DNA of 62,249 bases, the filler included, from Sluysia triapertura (Eukaryota): the NCBI GenBank assembly GCA_046118255.1. It is 5 parts of 5 records of this genome, joined end to end, with 100 filler letters (N's around TTAATTAATTAA, not from the genome) between each part and the next. Parts side by side here need not be neighbours in the genome. Positions count along the whole stretch, not along the records: positions 26,975 to 38,846 come from JBJNIA010161930.1; positions 38,947 to 50,671 come from JBJNIA010176251.1; positions 50,772 to 62,249 come from JBJNIA010184313.1; 2 more parts are not named here. One strand, written 5' to 3'. Below the pieces are notes generated by a model. It was given only the letters and a program-made list of their open reading frames with translations. It was not told where the DNA came from and searched no databases. The position numbers and the translations under genes were made by a program. Shown in pieces: positions 38,695 through 52,029 of this stretch (positions are counted from its first letter, which is position 1; each line of letters begins with the position of its first letter).

Positions 38695-38758
38695 TTTGTC
38701 TTACACGGTTTCGATTTAACACGGTACGAATTAACCGTTTTAAACGAGGGATGCCTAT
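38695..38758. mobile_element. Single end of a Tigger/pogo-like element
   Basis: ACACGGTTTCGATTTAACACGGT...AAACGAGGGATGCCT followed by a TA run; its reverse complement AGGCATCCCTCG resembles Tigger TIRs. Partner end not found. Confidence 0.45.
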
Positions 38759-38846
38759 ATATATATATATATGCTAGTGTTTTTCTTACACTTAAGCAAA
38801 TTACCTGAAGAGTCGGTTCGCCTAATATATACGCTTTACACCAAAG

Positions 38847-38946
38847 NNNNNNNNNNNNNNNNNNNNNNNNNNNNNNNNNNNNNNNNNNNNTTAATTAATT
38901 AANNNNNNNNNNNNNNNNNNNNNNNNNNNNNNNNNNNNNNNNNNNN
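38847..38946. other. Assembly linker
   Basis: N44-TTAATTAATTAA-N44. Confidence 0.98.
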
Positions 38947-41900
38947 AAAATATTTTTTAATTAAATTCTAACAATATATTTTTTATAATTTTAAGGGTTG
39001 TGATGGCAACCTAACAATTTAAAAAGTAGCGAGATAAAATATAGGTAAAATCTTTTTTAATTGATTTATAAAGCAACTGTTTAAATTAGATTGTAGATAG
39101 ATTTAAAAATTTATTAATTAAAGATCATTATAGTAATAATTTTCATAAAATAACTAATATCTAACTACCATTATTCTTAATAATTGTTTTAAAGTTTTGT
39201 TATTTAAAAGTTATTTATTAATTCTTGTAGTTAATAAAAAATCAAAGATATTATTGTATTATTCAATGTGCTTTATAAAGAATTACTTGATCTGTATAAA
39301 TTGGATAATATAAATTAAAATTTTACGAATTACATAGTTATAATTTCTATTAAATTCAATCATATTAAATCATACTTCAAAGAATCTGAACAAAAATACA
39401 TTTCTTTATAAGTTCTATTTATAGAGAACCTGAATAAAATCAGTTATATATTTAATTCACTAAATAACAAAAAGATTAGATCATATAAACTTTCAAGATC
39501 CAAATTAATTTAACCTCACTTTTGTAAATTAATAATTGACTGCCTCAGGAGAGTCTACTCAAAACAATTACTATTAGAAATTAACCTAATATTCTTTAAA
39601 ATCCTACGGACTAGCCGTAACTAGAATCGCAGGTGAACTCAGAACATAAATTTCATTTATTGTTAGGAAAACATAAAATTTCAACAATATGTTGGCAAAT
39701 AGGTGATATTATTAAGAAATTAATAAGTTAAATATCGTTCAAACACGTCAATAAAAATATCCTGAATGCAGTAGAATTTATTGTTGAGTAATATATAGAG
39801 AGAAAGTTGATATATAATATACTAGATGACTTAATATTTTTTGGATTTATGTACAAAACATGTCGTTCAAGAAAAGGTAAGATATTTAATGTAATGGTGA
39901 TTCAAATATGAAAATTCTAAGTAAAATGATAAATCGTTTGATTTATTAAAAATATTACGGCGTTTCACGCTTGAAATTAATGAATAGGGAATCATTTAAC
40001 ATTTATCAATAACACTTAAAACATTTATTACAAATTGTAATCAAACGTATAAAAAATAATAGAAATATCAAACTTTGAATTGTTCATTAGATTTTCCGAG
40101 TTTGTGGGAATGATTCGAACTTTGACTAAGACGAAAAATCAAGTGAGAATATTTTGTTTGTGGTTGTAGGTATCATCGATGTAGTGTACCACTAGGTTTT
40201 CCGATTACGCTAATACTAAATCATCCTTATGAGCCCTGATGTTGAATTTAGTAGTTTGCTTCACTATAAAACGTAATAACTATCTCGATATAGGATGTAT
40301 AGATAGAGAATAAGTTATTTTAAATTGTGGATCAAGATCATGTTTCATAACGTAAACATTATGAAAATATATGTAAATATTTCTGATATTCCAAAATTAT
40401 AATTATTTCTTAGTAAAACAAAACAACTTTTAGTAAAGATATTAGCTTTACTAATATATGTAAAAATGTCATATAAATGTATTTCTTCCATAAATGCAGC
40501 GATCATGGAATTAAATAAGTTTCCACAGAATTTTAACTTAGTTAAAGCACAACATTTAATTTAATCGATAAACAACTTTTCGTAAAATACACGGTAAGTG
40601 TAATTACAAATAATTCATAAATAATTACAAATGATTCATAAAATGTGAGCGTAACTAAAACTAATCTAAAATTTAATTCAAATTTTTTATATAAAGTCCA
40701 TACATTTATTTTTAGGTATTTATTTTAGCCAATTACATGCTGAAAGGATGTGCATATAACTGGCTTGGCAGCCAATTTTGAAGCAGGGAGGCCATTTTGA
40801 ATTTATTATCATTATTGAAGTGGTTCTTTGTTAAAAATATATTTAATGTAAGAAAGATTAGGAAATATTTGTGGATTATCAGATTTAGACTAGACGTTTT
40901 GTTAATTAAATTATGAGTTGCTTTTATAATATGATCAGGTTAACTGAATTTGACCGTCACGATTATTTAAGAAAAATCTATTAATAAATACATATTTAAA
41001 TACATAAAATGTATATTGATTCATTCTATTATTAAGCATAAATTGAACTTAGTAGGAGTAAATTTTTTTGTGATAAATTCAACGTGAAAAAATTGGCAAA
41101 ATATACATTTTATGGCTCTTAAGCGTCTAAATTATATCGTTTTTCATTAAAAATTACAATGTTGCACATTTTGTTTTTGTGTATTTAAATATGCCAAGTA
41201 TTTTTAACAGAATTAATTGCTAAAACAGTATATTTTAATTTACACATTATAAAATCAGTAAAATAATGAAAATGTCTATTTTTGTGGCATAACCCATACT
41301 GTTTTCTCTGTTTATTACAGTTTCAATTTGAATCTCTTTATCATAAACTATTCATGTTTTATTTTACTCAAATACAATAAGATATTTGACAAACTTTTCG
41401 TGTCTCCTTTTTTCTTTTTTATTACATCTGCGAAATTTTTAAACACTTTTCATATTAGTATTTACCGTTTCACTATTTTTTGAAAATCTAATGCAATATC
41501 TATACTTCATTAGACGCAAAAAATGTTAAATTATGATATTTTATTAAAATCCAATCGAAATATTATTTTTACTTTTTCTTAAATGTATATGCAGTATAAT
41601 AATAAAAAGTAAATTATTTAAAAACAAAATTTATCTATATAATTTATTTCTTTTACTAACCAGACTAATCATTTTTAATATAATATGAAAATAAGGAACT
41701 AGTAACAATTCATTTATAAGTAAAGTAAATATCGTATGTTTACAAACAATATTACTTGAAACAATAATCACAACGATTTTGTTTTTTTATTACGCTTGTA
41801 CATTGGATTCATTATTATATTTATAATTATAATACCTTTTAAAATACAATAATATTAATTTTAATAATAATATAATATTATTATTACTATTGTTGTTATA

Positions 41901-42294
41901 AGTTTCTGATTTTTGATTTTTTAATTTTTGCGTTAGAAAAAATTGAATTTTCAACTACCAATTAAAACAAAATTTCATTTTCAGTGCGTTTTGAGAAATT
42001 TTGTAATTGAAAATTATTTCAATCGATGATGTAGATGTAGAAAAAGAAAATGAATTTTATTTAATAAATGATAATATTATTATTAATTATAATTACATAC
42101 ACGTCATTAATTATATAAATAAATACATGTATTTATAGAAAAAATAACTTAAATTTACTGAAGCAAAATTAAATTTTATTGTAATAATTAATTATGTATT
42201 TTTATTTAGATTTATGCTTTACAATTTTGTATAATGTAATTCCGTAAAATTTGTACAACATATTGTATTAATTATTTAAATATTATTGCGGCCA

Positions 42295-42333
<39 letters not shown>

Positions 42334-44014
42334 GGTTGAGAAAAGTCCGCATGCTGTGTTAAAATAATGTTTTTAATGTATTTTTGTGATGGGTTTTGTG
42401 TTGATTCAGTTATTGTCTTTTCAATGGCAGCTCATTGTGTGTATGTGTTTGATAATTATTGAGTTGTATTTACCTAAGTCTTAAGGTCGAAAACGTGTTT
42501 TATTTCAACACACAGCAATAAGATTGAAAAATTAGCCCTTTCAGCTTATAAATCAGAGGTTATTTTACCTGACCACGGTTTCTTCCAATGAATGTAACAC
42601 TTTATGTAATGCAGCCGATTTGAATAATTCAATAGAGTTGAAAAAGTCAGTCAATAATTTTTTCATTCAAAACAAAGATAAAATCTGAAGCTTGCAAAGG
42701 TGGGTAGAATAATAATGGTATTTCTTTTGAAGAATAGTTGTTTTTGAATAAATTCTTGCATTAAAAATCATTACTTTAACGCAGTGTGAAATTGATTCTC
42801 AGCTAAATAATAACAATATTGAGAAGTTAAGGGATTCTAAACTTATTTTAAGTAATCTAGGATTGCTCTTACGAACGATGTGTCAATTTGTCATCACTGA
42901 CAGAAATAATTTAGGCAATCATCTTACCAGTATTGAAATTTTTGAAATAAATTTTAAGTTATAATTTAAAGCCGATGTAAGACAAACTGACCATAAAAAA
43001 TAAAAACAAAAATGAATATCAATTTTATAGCACAAAACAATTGTTAATCTAACTAAGTTCTGGAACAAATTTTTTGGTAATTAATTTTATTTTGAATTCC
43101 ATCATTCAAATTTGTGTGCTTTGAATCATTATTACGATAATAAACAATTTTTTATAAATAATAATTTTTCCAAATTATAAATTATTGAATTTCGATTTGC
43201 TAATACACCATTATCACATAATATATATTTTTCAAATATGTTCAATCTATTTTCATTAAGTGCAGTGATGTCACAAGTTTCTTAGGCATTGCTTCCTCAT
43301 TAAATGGAATTTTATTCGAATAATTTAAAGTTAAATCAGAATTACGGCGATGTTTTTGTTTAAATTTAGGTTCATTAGTAACAGATATATTTTGAATTAA
43401 ATCTGGATGAACAATGATTTTAATCTAAAGTCCTAGCTAGAATTAAAGAACTTTTATCATAATAAGCAGCAGAATTTTCTTTGTTTAATACATCATCACC
43501 GTTTTTGTTATTGTATCTTCTTCATCCTCAGATAATGATGTAATGGAAATATAATTATTTTTTGATGTTATAGAATTAGAAAATAAGGTAGAAAATATAC
43601 AAGATACTCAGAAATTTATTATGATAATATATGAGTGACAATAATATCTTCGACTAACAATAATGATGAATGATTCAATTTTTTTTACAAAATTGTTTTA
43701 ATGCTTTTAACTTTAGTTGTTTATTAATTTCGATACTTAAGGTTAGTACTTCATTGGTTTGACTATTAAACATTAATTTATGATAAAAATTATTTAATTT
43801 ATAAACTGTTTGAAAATTTATCTTTCTAAAAGTGGACTTAAGGTCTTTAATCACGTAAATCTAACGAAAAAATGCAAACAGTCCTTATACATTACATGAA
43901 ATTGCAAAATAACAATAATAAAAAGACAATAATACATAAAATAACAAACAATACTATTCATTTGATTATGTAAGAGACCATGTCAAACATAGAAAATCAA
44001 ACTGCGTCAATCAA

Positions 44015-47000
44015 TTAAGTTTCCGGCAAGAAACATATAAGTTTTGATATATCTTCCCAGCGATTTCCTTGTCTCATGAACAACCTAGTTACCAATTCAT
44101 CGATACTATCAAACGCATCTATATTAAAGCTCAATAATTTAAACGACATTACCGTATAGTGTCCTCTAACTGCCACCATGAACCGTCCAAAAGTTTGTTT
44201 CATTAAAATACTAATCTTTTCTTGCAAAATATATCACAAGAATATACTCTTTTAGTCTTTAATTCACGTGAATTCACATTTAAAATTTTAATTAGTCTTT
44301 GTTTCATTTTTAAAGGCGGTACAGCTATCGACATAGGAATCTTGTCATGATTAATTAATTTAATGTTACACGATGTTCTTAGCGTTGCACGTGTGGTTAC
44401 ATGTTTCACAATTGTTGTCAAATGTGCAACGAACTTTACACACTTTGCTCGATAATTCTTTGTCTGAAACAAGGAAATTCAGTAAGTAATACACTTTGAG
44501 GACGTTCATTATAATGTTTTAATATAACTTACGAATTAAGCAATTTGCAACATCTAACTACATTATCTAACATAAATAAATATAAGCAACAATTTTCCAA
44601 AACATTATTTTATCTGGTTGAGAACAATTTTCAAAATTACTGATACCTCTAATAATATTTTGAATTCCTCTAGATTCCTTCACAGATTCCATTATGCGAC
44701 ATGTTTCGCCTCTAACAACATCATTTCTGAGAAAGGTTTCATTTCTATCAACATAATAATCTATTCTAAATCTGTTTAAAACTTGCGTCCCAAAACTTAT
44801 AATATTTGAAATTAAAGTCTCATTAGCTTTCATTGTGAAAATTGTATCATCTGAGAAGTACTCCCAATATTTGACTATTTTTAAAATTCACGGAAAAATC
44901 TAAAAATAAAAATAATATTAAATTCAGTAATTTTAGAAAATTAACAATAAATTATAATAACAATAATATTAAAAGAAAAATATTAAAAGAAATAAAAAGA
45001 GAAAGATAATACTATATTGGAATTACAATAAAAGGAAATAATGACGCATTCAAACAAAAAAATGCATAATTTTTATTTAATATATAATTTTTAATTAATA
45101 TATAAATTTTTATCAAAACCTAATTTTTAATAAAAGCATAATTTCTAATAAAAACAATTTTTAACAAAAAGATAATATTTTAAAAAACTTTTTAATAAAA
45201 ACATTCATTTATTACATAGAATTTGGAGTCCTGATTGTTCAATACTTGAAACCGTGCCAAAGTGGCAAGCCTGGAGGCCGGTACACAAGTAAAAACAAAA
45301 AAAAACAATTATAACCGATAATTGCGATCATGAGGACTTGTACAACAAAAGCACAAAATTAACATATTTGGTTTTATGTTATGTTTTGATTTGATTTTAT
45401 TATACGATTTTGTGGTTTGAAGTTTTGTAATTCATGAATTGCGTTGAGTACAATGAATTAATAATGATGACGTTTATTTGATATAATATAATTTTGTGTA
45501 GAATTGATGGTAATATTAGCTGTTAATAACTTAAATATATTTTATTGTAGGATTTTTATATTGATTATGCTAAAGTAGCGATATGTAGAAAATGTTTTAT
45601 ATGTAAATTATGTATGACTTGAGTTATGACTTTGTACAAATTTATGTATAAGAATGGCAACGAGATTATGTTGCGTGATTGAAACACCACAATTGTATTA
45701 CACAGTTTTCGTTATTTTTGGTAATGTTTTGTAAGTAGTGATAAATTGATTTTATTTAGATAGATATTTCTTTAATATTAAAAGTAAGAAAAATTTGAAA
45801 ACAGATGAAACTGTTAAAGAAGTTTAAAAATAACACAATAACTATTTTGTTGCTTAAACCATATTGCTGATAAAAATGTAGAAATAATATGGGTTAATAT
45901 AGTTAAGTGCATTTAACTGTTTCAAGACAAATATCATACGAAATTCGAGAAATATACTTCAATGAGTAATGTTTATCTACATTTCCATGACAAGATTTAC
46001 CAAGACTTGATCTAATCTCCATTGTAATTCCATAATATTCAAATATTCCACAACGTCACGAATATTTCAGAAATTTTCTCCTGTGAATGTGATATTGATT
46101 TCATCAAAACAAATGAACTACTAATTTTGTTGTTAACTGGTACGATATCTGAAGTTTCAAATCTTCTGATGGATTATAAAATACAATTCACAATACCAAT
46201 TAATATTAATTAATATTAATGTGTATAACTAAGTGAAAATATAAATGTGAGTGTTATTGTTGCTGTCGTTGTAGATAAGTTGTTATATTAAGTCTAGGTT
46301 GTTATGGATAGTTGTTGATGAGCTTTAAGAGATGGAAATCATATGAGAAATATGTTACTGGTGTTATTGCGTTTGGATACGAGTGGATTCTATGTAAATT
46401 TATTTGAAACGGTTTCTAATACGTCTTGAATATTTTGTGCATAAATTTAATTTTAAAGAATTAATTATTGAGCATTATTGTATTTTCTGTATTATTATTA
46501 TTATTTCAAAACTGCAATATACTTGCAACATAAATAAAAAATAACAAATTAAATAAAATTAAATAAATTTTAAATAAATAATTAAACTGCTGGATTGTAA
46601 ACAATAAATAGTTTGTTAATTATTACTTGAACAGAAATTTAGTAACTGCAGAATAAATTGCTCGAAAGTAAATTTAATAGATAAATTTAAGACTTACAAG
46701 AAAATTTGCTGATGGGCTATTTGCGTGTTTTTACAATGTTTGAAATATTCAAAAATTTATTATGAAAAATGCTAAACTAATTGTTCATTCATTGGTAACT
46801 AATAACACACATTTTAATAATGGTATTAAAAGAAAAGTGCAAAAAAATACTTGAAAAATTATAATAAGATATTTTTAATAAGATATTGATTCTTCTAACA
46901 AGATTTAATTAAATCTTATTTCTATTATTTAGAATAATGTTATGTACTACATCATCTTTCGTCAATGTCCAAACATGGTTCATAAATTATAAAATAATTA

Positions 47001-47500
47001 ATTCAGTATAACCTTGACAATACCATGGTTTGTTATAATGGTAGATAGATTTAGTACTTTTACAATTATTTGGATTTAGAAATTCAGAAATGTTTTGTGA
47101 TCTGTATGAGGAAAATAATCAATACTTATTGACAGACAACTAACAATATCAAAAGAAAATAATGAAGAAAATATCAAAATATCAAGATTCAAGTAGTTTT
47201 AAAACTGTTCGATTTGTTGAAACCGTTTTGATGATTCGAGCAATATATGAGAAATTGCAATAGTGTTGATAAAATTTTGAAAAATCATTAGATATTAGAT
47301 GTTATTACATTTGTTGGTAACTGTATGAACTGTTATTTATTAATGTTAAATAAATTGTTTTGTTAAAATAAACATTTTTCATGTACATCTATAAGATAGA
47401 CTTTGGAAAATTTGTATTTTCTATAAATTGTCTATTCAAAATATATTATATCTACATTAATGTTCCATTAGTTTGTCACAAAGTAAGGGAATTTGCATAT
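44015..47500 (-). pseudogene. ZNFX1-like helicase/NF-X1 zinc-finger relic, locus 2
   Basis: RIIKTVS..VLKLLES*Y..FP (paralogous to 6850-7020), QPRLNI, LILIG, MELQWRLDQVLVNLV, a GTAAGT...TTTCAG intron (44532-44464), then Cys-rich CKVRCTFDNNCETCNHTCN...CDIFCKKRL. Confidence 0.45.
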
Positions 47501-49544
47501 TTTTTCGAGTCTTAAAATTAAATTAAAAATTACATTGAAAAATTAAATTACAATAAATACAAAATATAAATTAAAATTTAATTTCATACTAATTTAATAG
47601 GAAATTTTTTTATTTTAATTTAAGAAAAAATCAAGTAATATTTTATTAAAAATTATAAAAACAAAATAATTTTTTAATTTTTCGTATTATGAATAATGTT
47701 AAAGTAATTTATTGTCCTGCATACTAAAAAGTAACAACAACAACAACAAAAGCAACAACAATAATAATAATATATTAATTATATATCATTCCTTTACCTA
47801 AATATTTTAATATTTTAATATAATCAAGTAGAAGATATACAGAAACATTAAAGAAACAATTAATATAAAAACAATGTGGCATCTTTATTATATAAAATGA
47901 TATTTTGATATAGCGGAGAACTGCATTAAGACTTTCTAATAATTGTTGTTTCAGGGTTTACTTTTCCTAATAACGAAAAAATTATGAAATATATTGTCGT
48001 ATAATTAAAATGAGAAATACTTAAAATAATTTAGTGTAATATTTACTTTTAATTTGATACTAATTAGATTTAAGAATGCAATTTAAAATTAAAGTTTTTG
48101 TATAATTTAATTTTTGCTAAAACATTTTATAAACTATTTGAAAATACATGTTAAACGTGAACAACTTACTAAATTTATTAAATAATTTATTGGTTAAAAG
48201 TCAAATTTTATCATTAGTTTTCCACTTAATTTTATAATTGATACTATTTGAAACTTTTCAAAACTCTTAAATCGTCCACGTGACAATTCACAAACGTTTT
48301 CAACCAAACGTGAACTTTTGAACATTAAATTAATTATTTTTAAATTAATAAAATGTGCTTTGTAAAAAAAGTTATTTTTATCACTTTATTATCTATAACT
48401 GTTTTATCATATTATTTTGTCTATTATTGTTTCAATACTTTATTTTTTAAAATTCTTCAGTACTATTAAATTTAGTAAAAAAATATGCTTTATTTTCGTC
48501 AACCTTAAAAGGCTTCATTTGTACAAATAGGAACCACACTATAAGATTACTGTAATTTTCTGATTAATTATAACTCATTGATTTTGTCTTCGTTATATAA
48601 CTTTATTTACATTTTCGCATTATATTAATACTTCTGTATTTTACTTTTTATTGTTAAAAACTTAAATTTAAAATATCTTAAGTTTCTGATTAAATTATTG
48701 GTGTATTTTAATGCATAATTATTTAAAATGTGAAGTTTGTTTTTTTTATAATCACGTTTTTGATTGTGGTTTTATTGATAAATATATTTTATTTAATTTC
48801 TGTTGTACATTGTTATTTTCAATTTTTAAACATTTTACTTTAATAAAATTACGATAGAGTTAATATTAATTTTCATATTAAATAATCACTGAAAACAAAT
48901 TGCCGTTGAAATTTCTATTAATTCTAAAAAATAACAATAATGGGAAGTTTTATTTTGAATACGAAGAAATTTAAATAGAAATAGAAATATGTGGAATTAT
49001 GTGGAAAAATTATAAAATGTGGAAATTTTCTTAAAGATTTTGATAGATAATACAAAATTATGAATATCGAACTTTAGATAAACTCCAAACATAGATAAAA
49101 AGATAATCTGTTATTGTTCAAAAACAACTAGATGAAAGAAATAGCGAATTTTAAGGCTACACATTATGGCATGTTCATAAAAATATGCTGATATGCTTAA
49201 AAAAATATTTAGATAATTTATTGATAAAACATTCGAAATTATTAACCGATCCCAAATTACCTTATTTGAATATATTGTTAACAAGGTATATTTCAAAAGC
49301 TAAGAGTATTATATAAAGACGTTAAATGTTTTATTTATTGAAAATTAATATCACATGAATTTTTACTAAAGCTGATGCATCCTATCAGATGATTTTGTAT
49401 ATAAATATATAAATATATTTAAAATTTCCAAGCGATAATGAACTGGTACAAAATTTAAAAGTTGATACCGTTAATAATAATTATGTTAATTATGTTAAAC
49501 ACCTCAATAAGCCTTTTATCATTCATTTAAGACTTCTGCAGAAC

Positions 49545-49670
49545 TACCTATCACTAGGCTGTCAGTTCTCTTAGATATCTTAAGCCCAGTTCTTTCGGCC
49601 TTCACTCAGAGTTTCGCGGAATCTTTCAGCTCCCTCTTAAATGTCTCCACGAACCCGATTCGTCTGAATC
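49545..49670 (-). mobile_element. Short GC-richer LINE RT fragment
   Basis: Translates ETFKRELKDSAKL*VKAERTGLKISKRTDSLVIG, similar to the post-YADD GL.IN..KT motif. Confidence 0.3.
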
Positions 49671-50671
49671 ATTAATGTAAGATCATACGCAATATTTTTA
49701 CTAGTTGTGAAACATAAAAGGTTACAATGGAAATGTCAGATGAACACTGTTGGTTATTGTAAATCACCACAAACAACCATTTTATCTTCTAGTACACCTT
49801 TTTATTTTATCTTCATATATCAACATATCACAATAGGTGCCTAAAGCATCACAAAAAGTTAGAAGTATAAAAAAATTCATTTTATATTTATTCTGCATTT
49901 GATAAATAAATATTTAAAATATATAATAAAAAAATATAATCTAAGTTCAAATTACGTACTAAAAATAAGATCTAATATTTTTAGGTGTCACTTACCATAA
50001 AAATATCATTTTCATTTTTAAACATTTCATTTTTAAGCTTTCATTCAGTATTTAAATTGAAAGAAAATATTTAAAGATTAAAAGAAAATATAGGGAAACA
50101 TTACTATTTTAATGTAATAATTTTGTTTTCACATTTAAAGTGCTTGTAATTTTGCAAATATTTACTAAGTAAAATAAAAAGTGTATTGACTAAAAATTAT
50201 TTTTTGCAGAAAGATTACAGTTTTAAATTTTTAAAAGTATTTAATTAAAAATTTTTAATTTTAATCTTATCCGTATTTTTTAGTTAAAAATAATAATCTA
50301 ATTTTAAGATTCTTCCGCTTTAACACAGATAAACTGGAATAATAATAACATTCCCAAACATTTATTCATTATCACATAACATTTTCTAAAGCCCTTGCTA
50401 CTTCAGTTACATCTAAATTTTTAAAGAAAATTTAAATGAATTACCTATTACTATTATTTGTTGTTAATATCATTATTTTATTGTTTTCTTTGTTATTGCT
50501 TTTAACTCGATTATAGTTATTACTATTATTTTTGATATTTACACCTTTAGAATAATTTTGAAATTTAAAAAAGTTTATGAATTTATATTATAAATCTAAA
50601 CTAAATTGACAAAGGTGAAATTTTTATATAAATATCTTTATGAGAAGCTATAATAAGTTGTAAACGAAAGT

Positions 50672-50771
50672 NNNNNNNNNNNNNNNNNNNNNNNNNNNNN
50701 NNNNNNNNNNNNNNNTTAATTAATTAANNNNNNNNNNNNNNNNNNNNNNNNNNNNNNNNNNNNNNNNNNNN
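50672..50771. other. Assembly linker
   Basis: N44-TTAATTAATTAA-N44. Confidence 0.98.
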
Positions 50772-50922
50772 ATCTTTTAAAATTATTCAGTTTATCTAAT
50801 AATAAAAAGTGAAGTAAACAATGATGAAATTCTTTGCTATGATATCTTGTAAAATTGTTCTGTTTATCTAGTAATAAAAAGAGAGACAAACAATGATCAA
50901 ATCCTTTACTGTTATATCTTTT
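50772..50922. repeat. Imperfect ~72-bp tandem repeat at contig edge
   Basis: ATCTT.TAAAATT.TTC.GTTTATCTA.TAATAAAAAG...AAACAATGAT.AAAT occurs twice. Confidence 0.7.
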
Positions 50923-51794
50923 AGCAGTTTTATTTAAATGACATCAGATTGTGATAATATATAGCATGTTACAAGTACTTATAAAGATAATAATAATAGT
51001 CCATATTAAGCACAAATTACTAACTAGAAAAACGATTTAAAACTTAATGCAATGATTATTGCGTATTTAATGTAATAATAATAATAATAAATTTTTCACA
51101 ATTGCGCTATATGCATGAAAATATCTAATTTAATTGATTTTAAAATATAATTGTATAAATAAAACAAATATTATTTTATGAAATGTGTAAATCAAAGAAG
51201 CCACAGTTTTTAAAAAAAAATTAATTCCTTTGAAAAAACGAACTTAAATCACACACTACTACTGTTTATGAAAAACAGAGAACAATGCCTAAAATTCTTT
51301 TTTTTTAATATTATGCTTAATGTTGCACGCATTTTTTAAAATAAGTCATTTTTAGATTTTTTTGCAAATAAAAATATTTGAAAATTACGAAAATTATTTA
51401 AACTTTGAAACTAATCAAAATCGACTAAATATAATATAACACAGTGTTCAATATTGATAAAAATTGGTTTAGAATTGTAATTTTTTACTCCAATTTTAGA
51501 AAATTAATACAAAACCATAAATTTTGATTTAAGCAATAACTATTAAATGTAAATGTTTACATTAAAGCCGTTGAAAATAAATAAATTTATCAATGGATAA
51601 TTTTCTTATCAGAAAAAAATAGAATGCAAATCAATTTCATAATACATTCTAATAGGCATTGTTAAGAAACATAAGAAACATTGCAATGAATTTTATGAAC
51701 TATAAAAATACAATAAAAAGGTAGTGCTTTAGTGATGGCGAAATGGCAACAATGGTTACGTATAAAGAAATGTTAATAATAAAGATTTTATTAC

Positions 51795-52027
51795 GCGTCT
51801 GTTGGAAATTCCTCCTGAAGGCCAGAAATAACATCCTACAACTGAATCACAGCCCAGAAAATATCAGAAAACAGATGCCAACCACATACCGCTGGTGTCT
51901 GTAGCATGTCCTTTGTCTCTGTTCTCGTAATGAACTCGGCAGAACAAATAGTCATAACTGCATTCTGAGGAAGGTCAAGGAATTCTTGGAACAGAAAGGC
52001 TACCACGTGAAAGCTGATTGCCCAATT
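51795..52027 (+). mobile_element. Inverted fragment of a sister RLE retrotransposon family (C-terminal knuckle region)
   Basis: Translates CWKFLLKARNNILQLNHSPENIRK...RWC...HVL...LEQKGYHVKADCPI, matching CWKFLMKARNNILRLNYNPENIRKK...LEQNGYHVKVDSPI of the adjacent minus-strand element. Confidence 0.85.
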
Positions 52028-52029
52028 TT

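Noticed and set aside
49585-49635. Hammerhead-like CTGA...GAAA strings on the minus strand
   Set aside because: Core spacing is not CUGANGA and stems I/III are not evident; better explained as RT coding debris.
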